Source: the human T2T-CHM13v2.0 reference genome, Homo sapiens
Assembly (NCBI RefSeq): GCF_009914755.1
Contig: NC_060943.1
Strand: one strand, 5' to 3'
Length of the DNA stretch: 64,000 bases
The notes below the pieces were generated by a model. It ran no database searches. It had not been told where the DNA came from and was given only the letters and a program-made list of their open reading frames with translations. Made by a program: the position numbers and the translations under genes. Below are positions 13,363 to 27,984 of the stretch, piece after piece (position 1 is the first letter of the stretch; every line of letters starts with the position of its first letter).

Positions 13363-15584
13363 ATTACATAAGGAACCAACAGAATTTTAAGGAGAGAATC
13401 AATTGTCTTTTATTCATTGCTTTCATCTTCTAAGTAATTTATGATTACCAACTATATATATGACATAAAGCTGCTATTGGAGTGATATACAAAGAAAATT
13501 CACATATTTGGCACTCTGCATACCTTCTTTTGAGAATTGAATTTCACATGGGATTTATTTCTCTTTCTCAGGAGTGATTCAGACTGACTGCAAAAGTATG
13601 TCTTTTACAGCAACAACAACAAAAACACATAGAGATTCAGTTATGAATTTGACCATCTGCCCCTGGTCAAATCTCCACTGCGCACAACACACTCAGATTA
13701 TCAGTGACAAAACTCTCTGGATGAGTGTGCTTTCCTTGGAGCTGCTATGAAAACAAAGGGTCCAGGGAGATGTTGGGATGCAGCCAATCCTTGGGGGCTG
13801 GTAGGTGGACAAGTGCAATGGAATTTGAGATTAGGGAATCCCACTCACCGCTTCTTGCAGGAGGGACCATCTCTTTTCTGGAGCTTCAAGTTTACCCAGG
13901 AAGATTATCACAGGTTCAGAAAACTGTTTTATTTTTTAAAAAATGACCATTTTGGGATTCGCTTGCCTTTTCCTCTTTCCAAAGAGGAATCATTCTTGGA
14001 GGCTCTGACATCAGCACCCCTCCTACTGCTCCAGCACAGCCATTAATCACCCATCAAATTCCTGCCTTATTTCCTTTTGGCCTTGGAAATTGTATGTCTT
14101 TTCTTTTGGCCTTGGAGATTATATGTCTCAAGCTTTCTTGGTTGCTTCTTTTTTTTCCCCTTTCTTTTTTTTTGGCTTTTTTTTTCTTTTATGCTTTTAT
14201 TTTTTCTTTCTGAGAGATGAGGACTAGGGAGGAGAAAGCCATTGTCAATTAATAGAGAGACATTTTCACCAGGTGTTTCTCAATTATCACATTGGCAGCC
14301 AGCCCCTTCTGTGTAAATTGTACTGAGGAAAAAAAAAGAAAGAAAGAAAGAAAAACACCTCTCAGTACAGACATTCCCCTGGGATTGTAACCAGCTCTGT
14401 GTCTTCTTTCCTCGGAAGGACAGTCATCCTCTGGGAACAGCCCTGCTTAGAACTATAAGCAAAGCCAAGGCTGTCTCCTGCAACATCATGATTTGAATGT
14501 GTTAAAGTGTGTGATTATTATTAGGTCTTAAACATTCTAGATTTGCTCCCTCATTCCACACAAGTTTCAGAAATAAACCCGCAACTAGTCTCTAGGAGAG
14601 ACTGATGCTTATTCTGTGTCAGAGGCCTGGTCCCCAGACGTCCCCATAAATTTGTCTGCTGGAAGACCATAAACATAATTCTGAGCATGGAAGTTATTTA
14701 GATTTGAATTAATTGCCTTTTCAGTTGTTTTCAAATATGCAAATTGAAATAGCCAAAAAAAAATGTACATTAAAAAAAAAAAAAGCAGTCCATTCTCCTG
14801 GAGAGATTCTAGAATGTCCTTTGCCAAGGTGATCTGCTTTTTGTCAAAGCAGACTAAAAGGCAAAGGTGCATTTTTTGAAAATGGCCCGTGTATGTGTGG
14901 GTATTTCCTCCTGCTCTGACATTTTCTTAGTGGGGTGATCAAGTATTTTGTGTTGGTCAGAGCCTCTTTGACTTCAACAAGCCACCACAAAATGAAGTAA
15001 GATTATTAAATCAACTGTGGATAGTAAAAGTGCCTTGATCAGCTCTTGGAGGCTGTAGGAAAATGATTTTGTAAAGAACGCTGAAGGAGAATGCAGGAAA
15101 AGACACACTCATCATCACTAAAAGTCACCTAATGACACAAGCTAGGCAATCGGCGTTCTTCTCATCAGTAAGGTCAGAAACGTCTCTGCTTACAGCTGTT
15201 ATGACCCAGCACCCTGGCTTCGATGGAGACCTCGAGAGACCTCTTGGGGGGAACATGGTGGTTTATCTGGGGACACAACTTGTAAACATCCCTCATCTAG
15301 GAATTTCCATGAAACCTCCTGAGCTTGGAGAGATGCCCAGCTTGTGCCAACTCCTGTATAACAAGCTCCAGATGCTTTCTCTACTCCATGCCAGGTGGGA
15401 TTCCCTGAGGTTTGCCCTTAACCCATCTCCTCAAAGCCCAAAGTCAGGGATGGGGCAGTTCTGGGGTTAGACACTTGCACGGGGCTGCATTGCATTTACC
15501 CCATGCCCTGCTCCAATAAGTGTTCAGCTTCTGGTTGTGTCCATTCATAGTCTGCCCAGACAGGGTCAAGTTTAGCGAGGAGAA

Positions 15585-15645
15585 GGGACTTCCCCTCTCT
15601 CTATGACGTCACTAATCAGTAATCACAGGTCAGCTGGTCACATGA
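15585..15645. promoter_or_regulatory. Candidate enhancer motif cluster (kB, CRE, DR2, M-box)
   Basis: GGGACTTCCC 15585-15594; TGACGTCA 15604-15611; AGGTCAgcTGGTCA 15627-15640; TCACATGA 15638-15645. Confidence 0.4.
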
Positions 15646-15732
15646 AGATTCAGTTTTTGAGCAGATGTGAGTGCAAGTCCTGAGCTAGGAAATACAGAAG
15701 TCGGAGAAAAATGTAATCTTAAGCTCATCTCT

Positions 15733-16110
15733 TTGCCTTAGGCCAGTTCCCCAGAAGCACAGCCTGAGATGGAATTCTGGGGCTAATGACTTATTGGGGA
15801 AGTGCTCTCAGGAGAAGCCAGTGAGAGGTATAGTTTGGGGCAAGGGAAGAATCAGGCCAAGGTCTGGTTGTAGCTGAATCCTGGCCTCAACTTGAGTGCA
15901 CTGGAAGTTCCGGGAGGGTGCACAGTCCCAGGTTAGTCTGGGTTGTGGGAAGAGGGTGAGCCTCTACACATTTATATCTGTCTGTCATGGGCTATGGATG
16001 GCCTGCAGGAAGGAGATCACAATCTCCCAGTGTCTCTAGGCAAGGCAGCTCCTGAGGGCAGGTCTCCTGGGGGTGGAGTGCATCTGGGAGCACCCATGCT
16101 TTTAGCAGTG
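15733..16110 (-). mobile_element. ERVL LTR (LTR33/LTR16-like)
   Basis: 'tgccttaggccagttccccagaagcacagcctgagat...ttattgggga' matches the reverse of the ERVL LTR 3' end. Confidence 0.6.
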
Positions 16111-16448
16111 GACTGTGGGTGCTCAGGCTCATTAATAGGCATCTGGGCAAAGCAATAGGACAGTGAAGATGCAGCTGTAGTGGAAAACAAGATGGATGCA
16201 TGGTCATAATGGACTTCCTAATACACTCCCAGATGTCAGCCTTCAGCTGTGCAGGGAGGGGAGAGGTGGTGCCCATAGAGCAGATGCTTCCCCAGCCAGG
16301 GGACACAAGGCCAGGGCTAAGGCCAGGCTCACCCCAGTGACAAGGATGTCTGCCCTGCATCTCTGCCACATGAAGCAGTGAAATAGCAGCTCTTTTGGCA
16401 CACAGGGGAAAAGCCAGGATCAAGGTCCGGCCTTTCAGCAGCACTTAC

Positions 16449-16565
16449 CTGCTGGAGTCTTTGTGTATCATGCCAAGCCCTCCCTGGGAGCTGGAGCATC
16501 CTGAAGTCCTCAGGGACTCTTCTGGAGCAGAGGTTGCAAACTGCATGCCCAAGAGATGCCTCCTC
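16449..16565 (-). other. Candidate spliced exon (117 bp)
   Basis: Minus-strand acceptor '...ttttcacag|GAG' and perfect donor 'CAG|gtaagt'. Confidence 0.3.
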
Positions 16566-16841
16566 CTGTGAAAATCGTGTGTGTATGTGGGCATTTAAAA
16601 AAAAAGAGCATGAGACAAAATTTAAAAATCTGGAGATTTCTCGTAACACCTGGGCTTTTAGGTTTTGCTGTTGCTGTTTTATGAATCTGATGTCCTCACC
16701 ATAAGGCCTGACCTTCCTACCTGGACGCAGGTGTGTGGTGGCTGTGCCTTTCATGTAGGGTGTTTACTCTCCAGGTTGTCAGCTTTCTGGCCCCTGAAAG
16801 TGTCTACAAGTGTGACTTCAGAATATATGCATGAAGACTCA

Positions 16842-17112
<271 letters not shown>

Positions 17113-18780
17113 TCAAAGATTAAAAGAGGGACACACACTGACCTTTGCAAGCACAGATTGTCACAGAAATGAAGAGAAGCCCCAGGCATCAGGGCCTTAG
17201 GGTCACAGGCAGAGCGAGGCCTCCCCAAGAGGAGAAAGAAGCCAACATGGCCAAGAGGTAAGACTTGGTCCCAGAATGCATGATCAAAACCCAGAACACA
17301 GGCCCATGTCTTCCTGTCGTCCTCATTGCTCTGGCACTTGACACGTTGTTCTTGTGCTGGGCCAGGGTCAGTGGGTTTGGCCTCCACAGGGTCACTCACT
17401 GTATGACCTCATGTCCCTGCCCATTGCTTCTCTTCATCCAGACCTCAGGTTCTCTTACCTGAACCAACACTATTGTCCCATCTCCCCTCAGCCGCCCCCT
17501 TCTTCTCACCTCCAACCTCTACCCCTGTTCTATCCCAGCCTCCACAGTAATCTGCTTTCAGCTCAGCCCAGATCATATTCCTTCCTTACACATTTTTCAG
17601 GTGCCCCCAAAGCCTGGGGTGGGTCACTGGACATCACCAGAGGAATCTGACCCATGGGTCATCCATGTGAAAGGACAGTCCTGATGTATCAGGAGGCTGC
17701 TTCTTGGGAAACTTCGGGTTCTGAGTTAACACAGTAAAGTAAAAACTCTCAGTCCAGCCAATATTCTGCTCAGGATGTGTCTATGGACACCACAGGCTCT
17801 GGAAGGAATAAGTCTCGGGGGCCCCTAGTGGAGGATGTGCATCCTTGGCCCACGTCCTCTGCACCAGAGCTGTTAAGTGGGGAAGGCAAGCAGCTGGAGA
17901 AGCTGGGGAGGATGCTGGAGACCCATCCTGGAAAGGCCCTCCATCCCTCCACCCAAACTGCATGCACTAGAATTGACTTGTGCTCTACTGGGACACCCAA
18001 GCCCAGCCTGCACCTGCACATACTCAGAAACAGTGAAGCAAGAGGAACACATGTTTGAGTTCTGAAACACACCTGAGAAGATGCTTCCTCCAAGCACATA
18101 TCCATTATGGTGAGTGCAATAGTGATATCATCCAAAGAATAGAATACTGAAAGGCACATTATGCAAATGTGCATTCCCAATTATGGATTCATCTGGAAGC
18201 TTCCAAAACTTCTAAGACCTCATTCCAGGCTTAGCCAACAACCAGTGCTACCTCAGTGATTGCGCGAACATTACTTCTAGGATAAATTTCTCTCTCATCA
18301 AATGAGGGACCTTAAGGTCCATGCCTTGCCCAAGGTCATGTTGCCAGTGGGGCTGAAGGGCAGAGAGAACCTCTCTGTGAGGTGTGGTTTCTTCCTGGCA
18401 GCTCTCTGGGGAGGCCTGAAACTCTCGTGGCCCAGGGACAATGCTGTTGGATGTGGGGTACTGGCAAGTACTGGCATTGGTGATTAATAGATAATGAAGC
18501 TCAAGATCAGGGGATTTCAGAAATCTTCCCAATTTCGGGCAACTAAACTTCAATGTATAAATTCAATCTAATCCAAGAATTTTTTTTGGAAAATGATCAT
18601 TATAAAGTCCATTTGCAAGAATAAACATCAGAAACTGTAATGACAATTACAAAATTAACCAAACCTACAGTAATAATAGAACAAACAAAAAAGAAAAGAA
18701 CGGCAAGCTTGCTGTTTCAGCTAGTAAATTGCAAAATAAAGCTTCAGTAATTAGGGTGAAATGCAGGTCACAGGTTAACA

Positions 18781-18955
18781 TAGTGCTTTTGATTGTATTT
18801 GGAGTCACCCCAGAGTTTAAGAAAAATACGGATGCATGGGTCTCTCTCTCAAGATGCTGATTTCATTGGTCTAGATTAAGTGAGACCTGGGCTTCACAGT
18901 TTGTAAGTGCTCTTTAGATTATTGTAATCAGCAGCCAACGGTTAAGAACAACTGG
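18781..18955. mobile_element. MER5A/B (hAT-Charlie)
   Basis: 'ggagtcacc...aaaatacggatgcatggg...ctgatttcattggtct...cagccaacggttaagaacaactgg'. Confidence 0.7.
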
Positions 18956-19109
18956 ATTAACAGAAGGGAATCAACTGGAGAGACTGTCAAAAATGCGTGT
19001 TCCTGTATCTGGGTCCACTGTTTCAGGCTCTGAGAAGGGATCTATGAAAAATAAGGCATGCAACACATATCAAAGTTTTGGAAGCACTGGAAAGTCCTTA
19101 TACAAAAGA

Positions 19110-20060
19110 GAGTCCTTATACAGTTCTGCATACATGTAGGCATTCAGTAGATTCTAAAGTTGACAGCTCAAAACACCGAAGGAGAGATATAGCAAGGGTG
19201 TTAGGGTAATCCACTAGCCATTTGGAGATCAAGTTGGATCTCCAGTTCACTTCTTCCAACTAAAACCATAAGTAAATAGGTTTAACTAACTTATAATATT
19301 GTGCTGGAGAAAGGCGTTCTAGGCTTTCTAAGGAAGATGGAAACTTTATATAAAGAAGAAATGTAATAAATTTAACTACCTAAATATGAAACTAAGTCAT
19401 GACCTACAAAAATATGTAAACTAGAAGTAGCAAAGTGCAAAAAAGAAAGTTGTCACACATATTACAGATAAAACGTTAGTAATCTTAATTTGCAAATAAA
19501 GAAAATTTAAAATGAACATAAGCCAAAAGGAAAACAACAAATGTTCAGTAAAAAATTAAGCAGTAAACACAGAGAGGTAAATTACAAAATAAAATGTACA
19601 GTCAATACATTCTAAAAAAGATGTTCTACCTCATAAGTAATCAAAAGTGCTAAATAAAAATCAAAATGAGTCATCTTTTTCACCCATCATATTGGAAAGG
19701 ATTAAAAGTTTGACAAAACTTAAAAATAGCAGGGATGTGGGAAAATTGACATTCTCTTGCACTGTTGTTAGAAATGTAAATTGGTATTCCTTTCTGGAAG
19801 GCAGTTTGTCAACTGAAATTAACTTTTTTAAAAAATAAGAAGCATGCCTTAGCCTAGTAATCATATGCTTGGGAATTTATTCTAAGGAGATAATTGCTAA
19901 GTGGTGCAAAGATATAGATACAATAGCATTCATTAATGCTTTTAATAGTGAAATTTTAGTAGCAACATAAATATCTATAAATAAATGATTGGTTAAATAA
20001 CCTATAATATATGTATACTAAAAAAGCCCCCACATTTGAAATAGTGTATTTCTATAGATT
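19110..20060 (+). mobile_element. L1ME-type ORF2 3' fragment
   Basis: 'cactgttgttagaaatgtaaattggtattcctttctggaaggcagtttg', 'gggaatttattctaagga'. Confidence 0.75.
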
Positions 20061-20199
20061 TCTATTTACTGAAATGATGGTTCTCTTTTACTCCTCCTCC
20101 TTTTGTACACATTATTTCTTCTCCTTGGGCGGCCCATTCTCCCACACTTTCATATTTGGTTCACTCCTGGGAGTGCCCAACCAACTGAAATTGCCCCTT

Positions 20200-20479
20200 C
20201 TTCTGTGAAGTCGTCCCTTCCCTTCTGAGCCACATAAGTAGTCACCACTCTTCATACCCAAGACATCCCTTTACCATTCCCATTGCAGCACTTGTTCACT
20301 CATTTATTCAATATATGTATCAGGCTCTCTACAGGGCTCTTACCACCCTCTAAAGTAGTTTACTCTGCCATGGCCATCTTTCCCACTGGATTGCAAACCT
20401 TTGCAGAGCAAGAAAGCGCATGATTCATTCTGTTACCCCAGATTTTAGCTTGGGACTTGATATATGCCCAGTACAAGCT

Positions 20480-20490
<11 letters not shown>
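20200..20490 (+). mobile_element. L2 3' end
   Basis: 'cccactggattgcaaacctttgcagagcaagaa' ending in 'aatgaatgaa'. Confidence 0.65.
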
Positions 20491-21750
<1,260 letters not shown>

Positions 21751-21979
21751 GCCATGTTCCTCAGTCCATCTTCTTGCCATTCTGCCTCAGGAAGGACATT
21801 CAGATAACTCTTATCATTAAACACGCTTTCCACAGCTATGTATTGGGTCTACAAAATGTTAAAAGTTATCAAAGCTATGTAACTGTTTGAAATAATTGGT
21901 TTTACCATAACAAAAAGGAACAGAATAAAAACCCCTCTAAAACAAAAAGCAACAAATTTGTTTCATGGACCTTGAACAT

Positions 21980-22358
21980 GTTCAGAAGCCAACAGGGGAG
22001 AAAGAAGCAGCTCAGAGATTATCGACAGTAAGAACCCACTTCCATGCCCAGGCCTGAGTGAGAAAGGAAGAGCTCAGTTACCAGATCCAGGAGCAGCCCA
22101 CAGGGTGGCATCTGGGGCCATCCTGGGCTACACCAGTGGGAGGCAGTTGCAGAGAAAGTACAATCAGTACCCAAGTGAGAGGACAACACCCTTGCTTCAC
22201 TTTTCCTCCTCCCCTAACTCACCCACCTGTGCCTCTCACTGGCCAAACCCAATAGGGAATCATCTGACAGGGGAACCTGGAAACATGGGCTCCAGGTATC
22301 AGCAGAGCAGGGAGGAGTGATGAATGCATTTGAGGACAAACAGGCCAACAATTGCACA
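21980..22358 (-). mobile_element. Old MaLR LTR (MLT1 K-N-like)
   Basis: 'cctctcactggccaaacccaatagggaa' motif and a terminal '...tgcaca'. Confidence 0.45.
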
Positions 22359-22569
22359 CCCGACAAAATTGAAATCAATAAATATTTAAATGTGTCCACA
22401 ATGTCACATTATTTGTCAGCCAAACAACTGCAAATGAACTCTTACATATGTTATGAATAAATTATGTTGGGTGTGTGTACATTTTAATACAGCTGATGTG
22501 GTAGAGGGGAGGAGCGCCTGGGGACAATGAGGCCTTCAAGTGACCCTCCCAACTCTCTTCTTGTGCAAG

Positions 22570-22710
22570 TCTCAAGATTCAGCTTCCTGTTCTCTAATAG
22601 AATAACTATGGGCAAATCACTCAGTTTCCCCCTCTTTAAAATCCATGTCAATTTTCCAGGATCCCAGTGAAATGAAAGTGAAATAATGTTTGTAGAAGTA
22701 CCCAGGACCC
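22570..22710 (+). mobile_element. MIR fragment
   Basis: 'actatgggcaaatcactcagtttccccctctttaaaat'. Confidence 0.55.
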
Positions 22711-23856
22711 CATCTGACCTGATGGAAGCCATCGTTTTAATTGCTTCTAAGGGGCACTCAGCCAGCCAAAGGAGGCAGGCACAGGTGCCCTTCATCAGAC
22801 CACTTTGTCATGACATAACAAAAACCTGAAGAAGTACATCTTTCTGAAACTAAAAATCCCACATCCATCAACTCATGGCGAGGACATCATGGTGGACATG
22901 GGCAATGATTTAATGACAAGGACACTCACCCCAGCATATTTATATTAGTGCACATATTATATTCCTAATTATTGAGCAGGAACGGGTAAATTAAATGAGG
23001 GGGTATCAACACAATGGAACATGGAGCACATATGTGTTTTTGTATGGAAATGTCTACAAATTTGTTTTCAGCTGTAATCTCTGAAATGAAATTATGGGTA
23101 TTGTTTTCTTTGCTTTCTTTGCTTTAAAAAAATTATCAGTGATAGCTGTGCCAGTTCAGCTGTGCCACTGACCCAGCGCCACAGTTCAGAAAAGAGCAAT
23201 ATTGACAGAGCAGCAACTAAGGACAAATTACCTGACTGAGGTCCTTCTCAGTGATGTCACTCTGCTTGCTGATGAACTGGACGCTCGTGGTGGCCCCCGG
23301 GCAACTGGCACTCACAGGCTGGAAGAGTGGGTCTTCTAATGAATGCCTCGAGGGTCCTCTGTGCGCTGCCACCTGCATGGCCACCATCTACAGTCAACAG
23401 GTACAAATCACAAAAATAACCTCCCCTCCTGGTCTACAAGGACATTAAGACCCTGGCTTCAAGACCATTCACAGGGAGTTATATGCAGCCATAGCTAACA
23501 CACATGTTTGTAAAACCTTTGTATTTTCTATTTGCCTTTAGTTTTTTCCCCCAAAATTTGAGATAGCTTCAGTGCATTCCTGAGGATCAGTACCTGCTAA
23601 AAAGACTCTGAAGCAGAAGTTGGCGGTGAAACCCAGGGAGCCTCAATCAAGTGGCTTTCCGCAGGCACCATGTGTGGCTTTGGTGTAGCCCCGGGAGCCT
23701 CTTTACCTCTCTGGGTCTCAGCACCTTCTATCTGAAAGGTAGGATGGCCATGATGACCCTGGAAACCCTGCCATGGCTCTAAGGTAAGATAACTCCTCTG
23801 ATTCAGTTTTTAGTTTTAGTCTGACATAGTGAAGCAATGATTTAAAGCTCTAAAGC

Positions 23857-24080
23857 CAGCATGAGCAAATTTTTTTCTGATAAGGGTCAGACTGCAAATC
23901 TCTTAGGCTCCATGGCCCCGATGATCTGTCTTGCAACTGCTCAGCTTTGCTATTGAGCACAAAGCCCAGCCATGGACAATAAGTACACAAATGAGAGTAG
24001 TCATGTTCTGAGAAAATGATGTTGACGAGACCACCTGGTAGGTTGGATTTTGCTTGTAGGTCCTAGTGTGCAGACCCTTG
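23857..24080 (+). mobile_element. MER58A-like (hAT-Charlie)
   Basis: 'gcaaatttttttctgataagggtcag...tgcaactgctcagctttgc...cagacccttg'. 8-bp TSD ctctaaag at 23848-23855 and 24081-24088. Confidence 0.85.
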
Positions 24081-24239
24081 CTCTAAAGTAAACTGTTTCC
24101 AAAGACTTAACTAGTGACTGATGGAGATAATTAAAAATGTAGACGACGGTAATGATGATGAAGATAAAAATAATACAAGCCTCTTTACTTCCTTTTATGC
24201 AAAGTGCATGTGTGTGTACTAAAAATTAAAATAGCACCA

Positions 24240-24738
24240 GTGGCGATCAGCAAAAAAATGTCTCCTCCACCCCTAAAGATGTTCATTGCTTATCCCCAGA
24301 ACCTACCTCACCTTACACGGCAAAAGAAATTTTGAAATTGTGATTAAGGTCATGAACATTATCACAGAGAGATGATGTTCCTGATGATCTTGGTGGACCC
24401 AGTGAAATCACAGGAGTCCTTAAAAGCAGAGAACCTTTCTGGCTGGGTCAGAGAGAGATCTGAGCATGGACAAAGGTTCAAAAAGAACTCACTCCTCTGT
24501 GGCTGGCTTTGGACATTGAGAAAGGATACGAAGAGAGCAAAGGAATTCGGGCAGCCATAAGGAGCAAGAAAAGGCAAGGAAACAGATTCTCCCCTAGAGC
24601 CTCCAGAGAGGAATGCAGCCCTGCTAAGACTTCATGCTCAGCCCCAGGAGATGGAGAGAAGTGTAAGATAATAAATATGCATCACTTAAACCATCAAATT
24701 TGTGATAATTTTTATAGCATCGGTAGAAAACTAATACT
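24240..24738 (+). mobile_element. MLT1D-like MaLR LTR
   Basis: 'ccttacacggcaaaag...gtgattaagg', 'gaaacagattctcccctagagcctccagagaggaatgcagccctgc', 'gaaaactaatac'. Confidence 0.85.
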
Positions 24739-24854
24739 CTAACTCCCTGAGAAAAATTTGGATATTACAAAGTCTAATCTCACCCATAATGTCACTACCC
24801 AGAGATACCCACTATTAACATACATTAGAAATATTATTTTAGATTCCTCTGCAT

Positions 24855-25095
24855 ATATGTGTATGTATGTGTAAACAGAGAATATATACACATTATATAT
24901 AATATATATTATGTACTACTATATCATATATACTACATATACACATATTACATATAATACATAATGTTTGTATATACTACACATGTATTTATATACTATG
25001 TAATATAAAATTGTCATATATATTGCATATAATGTGTATATATATAATATACATTCATGTATATCTTTATAGGGAGAGAGATATAAATATAAACC
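24855..25095. repeat. (TA/CA)-rich low-complexity tract
   Basis: Directly visible. Confidence 0.85.
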
Positions 25096-27050
25096 ATTAC
25101 ACTAGTTTACATTGGCTGTAATTCAGATTCTTTTTATTTAATTAAACATTTTTAAATAATTTCCTTGTGCCAATAAGTTTTCTTCAAAAACATGCTATAG
25201 ATGAGTTATAATTCCTTCACTTCTCCCCTTTTAATTGTTTCTGATTTTTTCACTAGTATAAAAATGCCCAAGGAGAAAATTCATGCACATATTAAACTGT
25301 TAGGGTGCTATAAGGTTACTATTCTCTTATTGCCATAAAAGTATTTTTCCCTGTTTTGTTTGCCTTTAATTTATTCGGGGTTCCTTTTGAGGTATGGAAA
25401 TTTTGCATTTTGTTTTATTCCAAGAGATGAATGCTTCTCCATTACTTTTTTTCTTCCATGGCTGGAAAGGTGATTCTCAGTCTTAGATTTGTGTCTTCTT
25501 CTAGTGCTCATAAGGGTTCTTGTTTTCAGTTCTGTCTTTGGGCTAGGTGGTAGTTATTCAGTTTCCCAAGTTGCTAAGCTGTGTTTCCGTCCTCATTTAT
25601 TGAATGATCCTTCATCTTTGACCACAACTATTTGATGCCACTACCATACTCCACAGCTTCTAGAATGAAATTTTTTTCCATGTTAGTATCTCTTAGATCT
25701 GGGTCACCTTTCAGACTCCAGCACCTAAAGGTCTTCATTGGCTTGGCGTGGAGGCCACTTCTTCCTGGAAACTTTGGGATTTGCTTATGCTATCATCTGG
25801 GGACACTATGGACCTGAGACCACTTCAGGTTTCCAGTCTGAAGTTCCTTTGGACTTCACACTGCAACACTGTAGGCATTGGCTCTGATTCCAGTTCTCAG
25901 GGGGAGACGTATTTTCTTCCCTCCACCCAGTGCAAAGGTTAAGATGCAAGCGCATTTCCTTGTGATCTCTTTCTGCGCGGTGCTTGTCTTTCTTAAGGAC
26001 ACTTAGACCAAGAATATAGCCCTTGTCATAGTAGTTCTATTAAATTCCACCTTGGGGGTTTTTCCTCTGTTATTGGTACATAGGATAATACTGGGTCATA
26101 CCATCAATAATGTAACTTATATTCAACAAAATATAATATATTACATATAAAATAAAGTATATCCTAAGTTCAGTTTCTGGATCATCTAGTATATTTGTTT
26201 TTCCTATTTCTTGTTAATTCACTAGTATGACAGTGTTTTGAGATTTTTAACTTTAATGTTTCTTTTAATATCTGGTAGGACAATTTCTTCCTAATTACTG
26301 ATTCTTTCTAAAATGTTCCAGGCTATTTCTTTCATTTGAGATTAATATTAGAATTAATGTTTCAAGTTCTCACACATCACTCACATCAGTAAATGAATAA
26401 TTTTTTTAAAACTCTGCTGAAATTTTTATAGGATCTTCATTAAACCTACAAATAAGTATGGGACTAATTGATAAGTTTACAATATTAAAAGTCAATATAT
26501 TTTCTAATCAAAACTATTTGATCATCTTAAAGACCTTTTATATCTTTTCTATCATTAAAATTTTATAATTCTAATTTTTTAATATTTCTGGTTAATGACA
26601 TTCTTTCCCAGTTATTATATATTCTAATGTTACTGAGAATGGAATTCTGTTTTTCTTAAATTTCTGTTTGATTATTTTTCACATACGAGACAGTTAATGG
26701 TTTTTGTATTTGATTTTGTAACTACCTTTCTAAACTTGCTTAATCATTTTCAAATATATTTTCATAATTTTAAGATACCATCAACTTATATTGATCAACA
26801 TTTTAAATACTTTAGGAAAATCAGAGAAACATTGCTACATTAAATACATGCACTGATTGTACAATGCATTCTGATGTTTTAAAAATTCAGCTCCTTAGAA
26901 TGAAGATGTGATTTTATAAGCAGAACAACCATCTTATAGATATATAATGTTAATACCATTCTGTCCTCCTAGTTTCTCCTCTTATTCCTCTTATTTCTAC
27001 ATGCTATCATTGCTGATATTATTTTTGATTTTAATGAGAAGGCCTCTAGT

Positions 27051-27258
27051 GCAGTGGTTTTTAATTACCAAATTTTTCTTTAGTATGGGGGAGGTCAGAG
27101 GCCTTTTGAAAATCTGATGAAAGATGTTCATTCCATCCTCCAGATAAAGCAAATGTGCACTCACAATCTGACTTCCTGAGCCTTCAAAATTCTCTCAACC
27201 GTCTCTATATAGGCTTCCACCAATCGCCAAAGTCCATGAAACCTGGTTCAGGACTCCT
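27051..27258. mobile_element. MER117-like (hAT-Charlie)
   Basis: 'cagtggtttttaa...ggtcagaggccttttgaaaatctgatgaaag...gtccatgaaacctggttcagga'. Confidence 0.55.
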
Positions 27259-27665
27259 CTATGGTATTACCTCTTAGACGAATGTTAAATGTTAACATCG
27301 ATTACATTTGCTTGGTTAGGACATCCTCTTTATTCATCCTCTTTATTTCTTTTTTTTTCTACATAAAGTTAGTAATTAGTGTTGGATTCTTTTCAATACC
27401 ATTCAGGTATCGCAGTAGGTTGTATCATTCCTCCCATTTCTTCAGCCTTCTCTGTACCCATGATTTACAGTGAAACCTTACAGTTTCTTCTGTGAGAGGA
27501 AGAGTGGATTTTTCTGCCCTGCTGTTATTGGGAACAGATATGTGACTTGCTTAAATGGTCCAAATTGCAGGTTGAAGCCAGGCTGAGATGAATCCAGCTT
27601 AGATCAGCTGACCTCCAGCTGACCCACAGACATGGACAGTATACATTTTTGTTGTTTAAAACATC

Positions 27666-27705
27666 TGTATTATTCAGGGTTCTCCAGAAAAGCAGAACTG
27701 ATAGG

Positions 27706-27753
<48 letters not shown>

Positions 27754-27939
27754 GATAGATAGATAATAGATAGATAGATAGATAGATGGATAGATGACAG
27801 ATGATAGATGGATAGATTATAGATAGACAGATGATAGATGGATAGATAATAGATAGATACATAGAGAGATAGAGAGAGACAGACAGATGATAGACTAGAT
27901 AGATAGACAGATGATGGATATATAATCTATACATAGATA

Positions 27940-27984
<45 letters not shown>

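Larger units (their letters stand above)
24760..27460 (-). mobile_element. Fragmented old L1 (L1ME-type), interrupted by a TA-rich tract and DNA-transposon pieces
   Basis: 'actacccagagatacccactattaaca', 'ttaatatctggtaggacaa', 'tttaatgagaaggcctctagt'. Confidence 0.65.
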
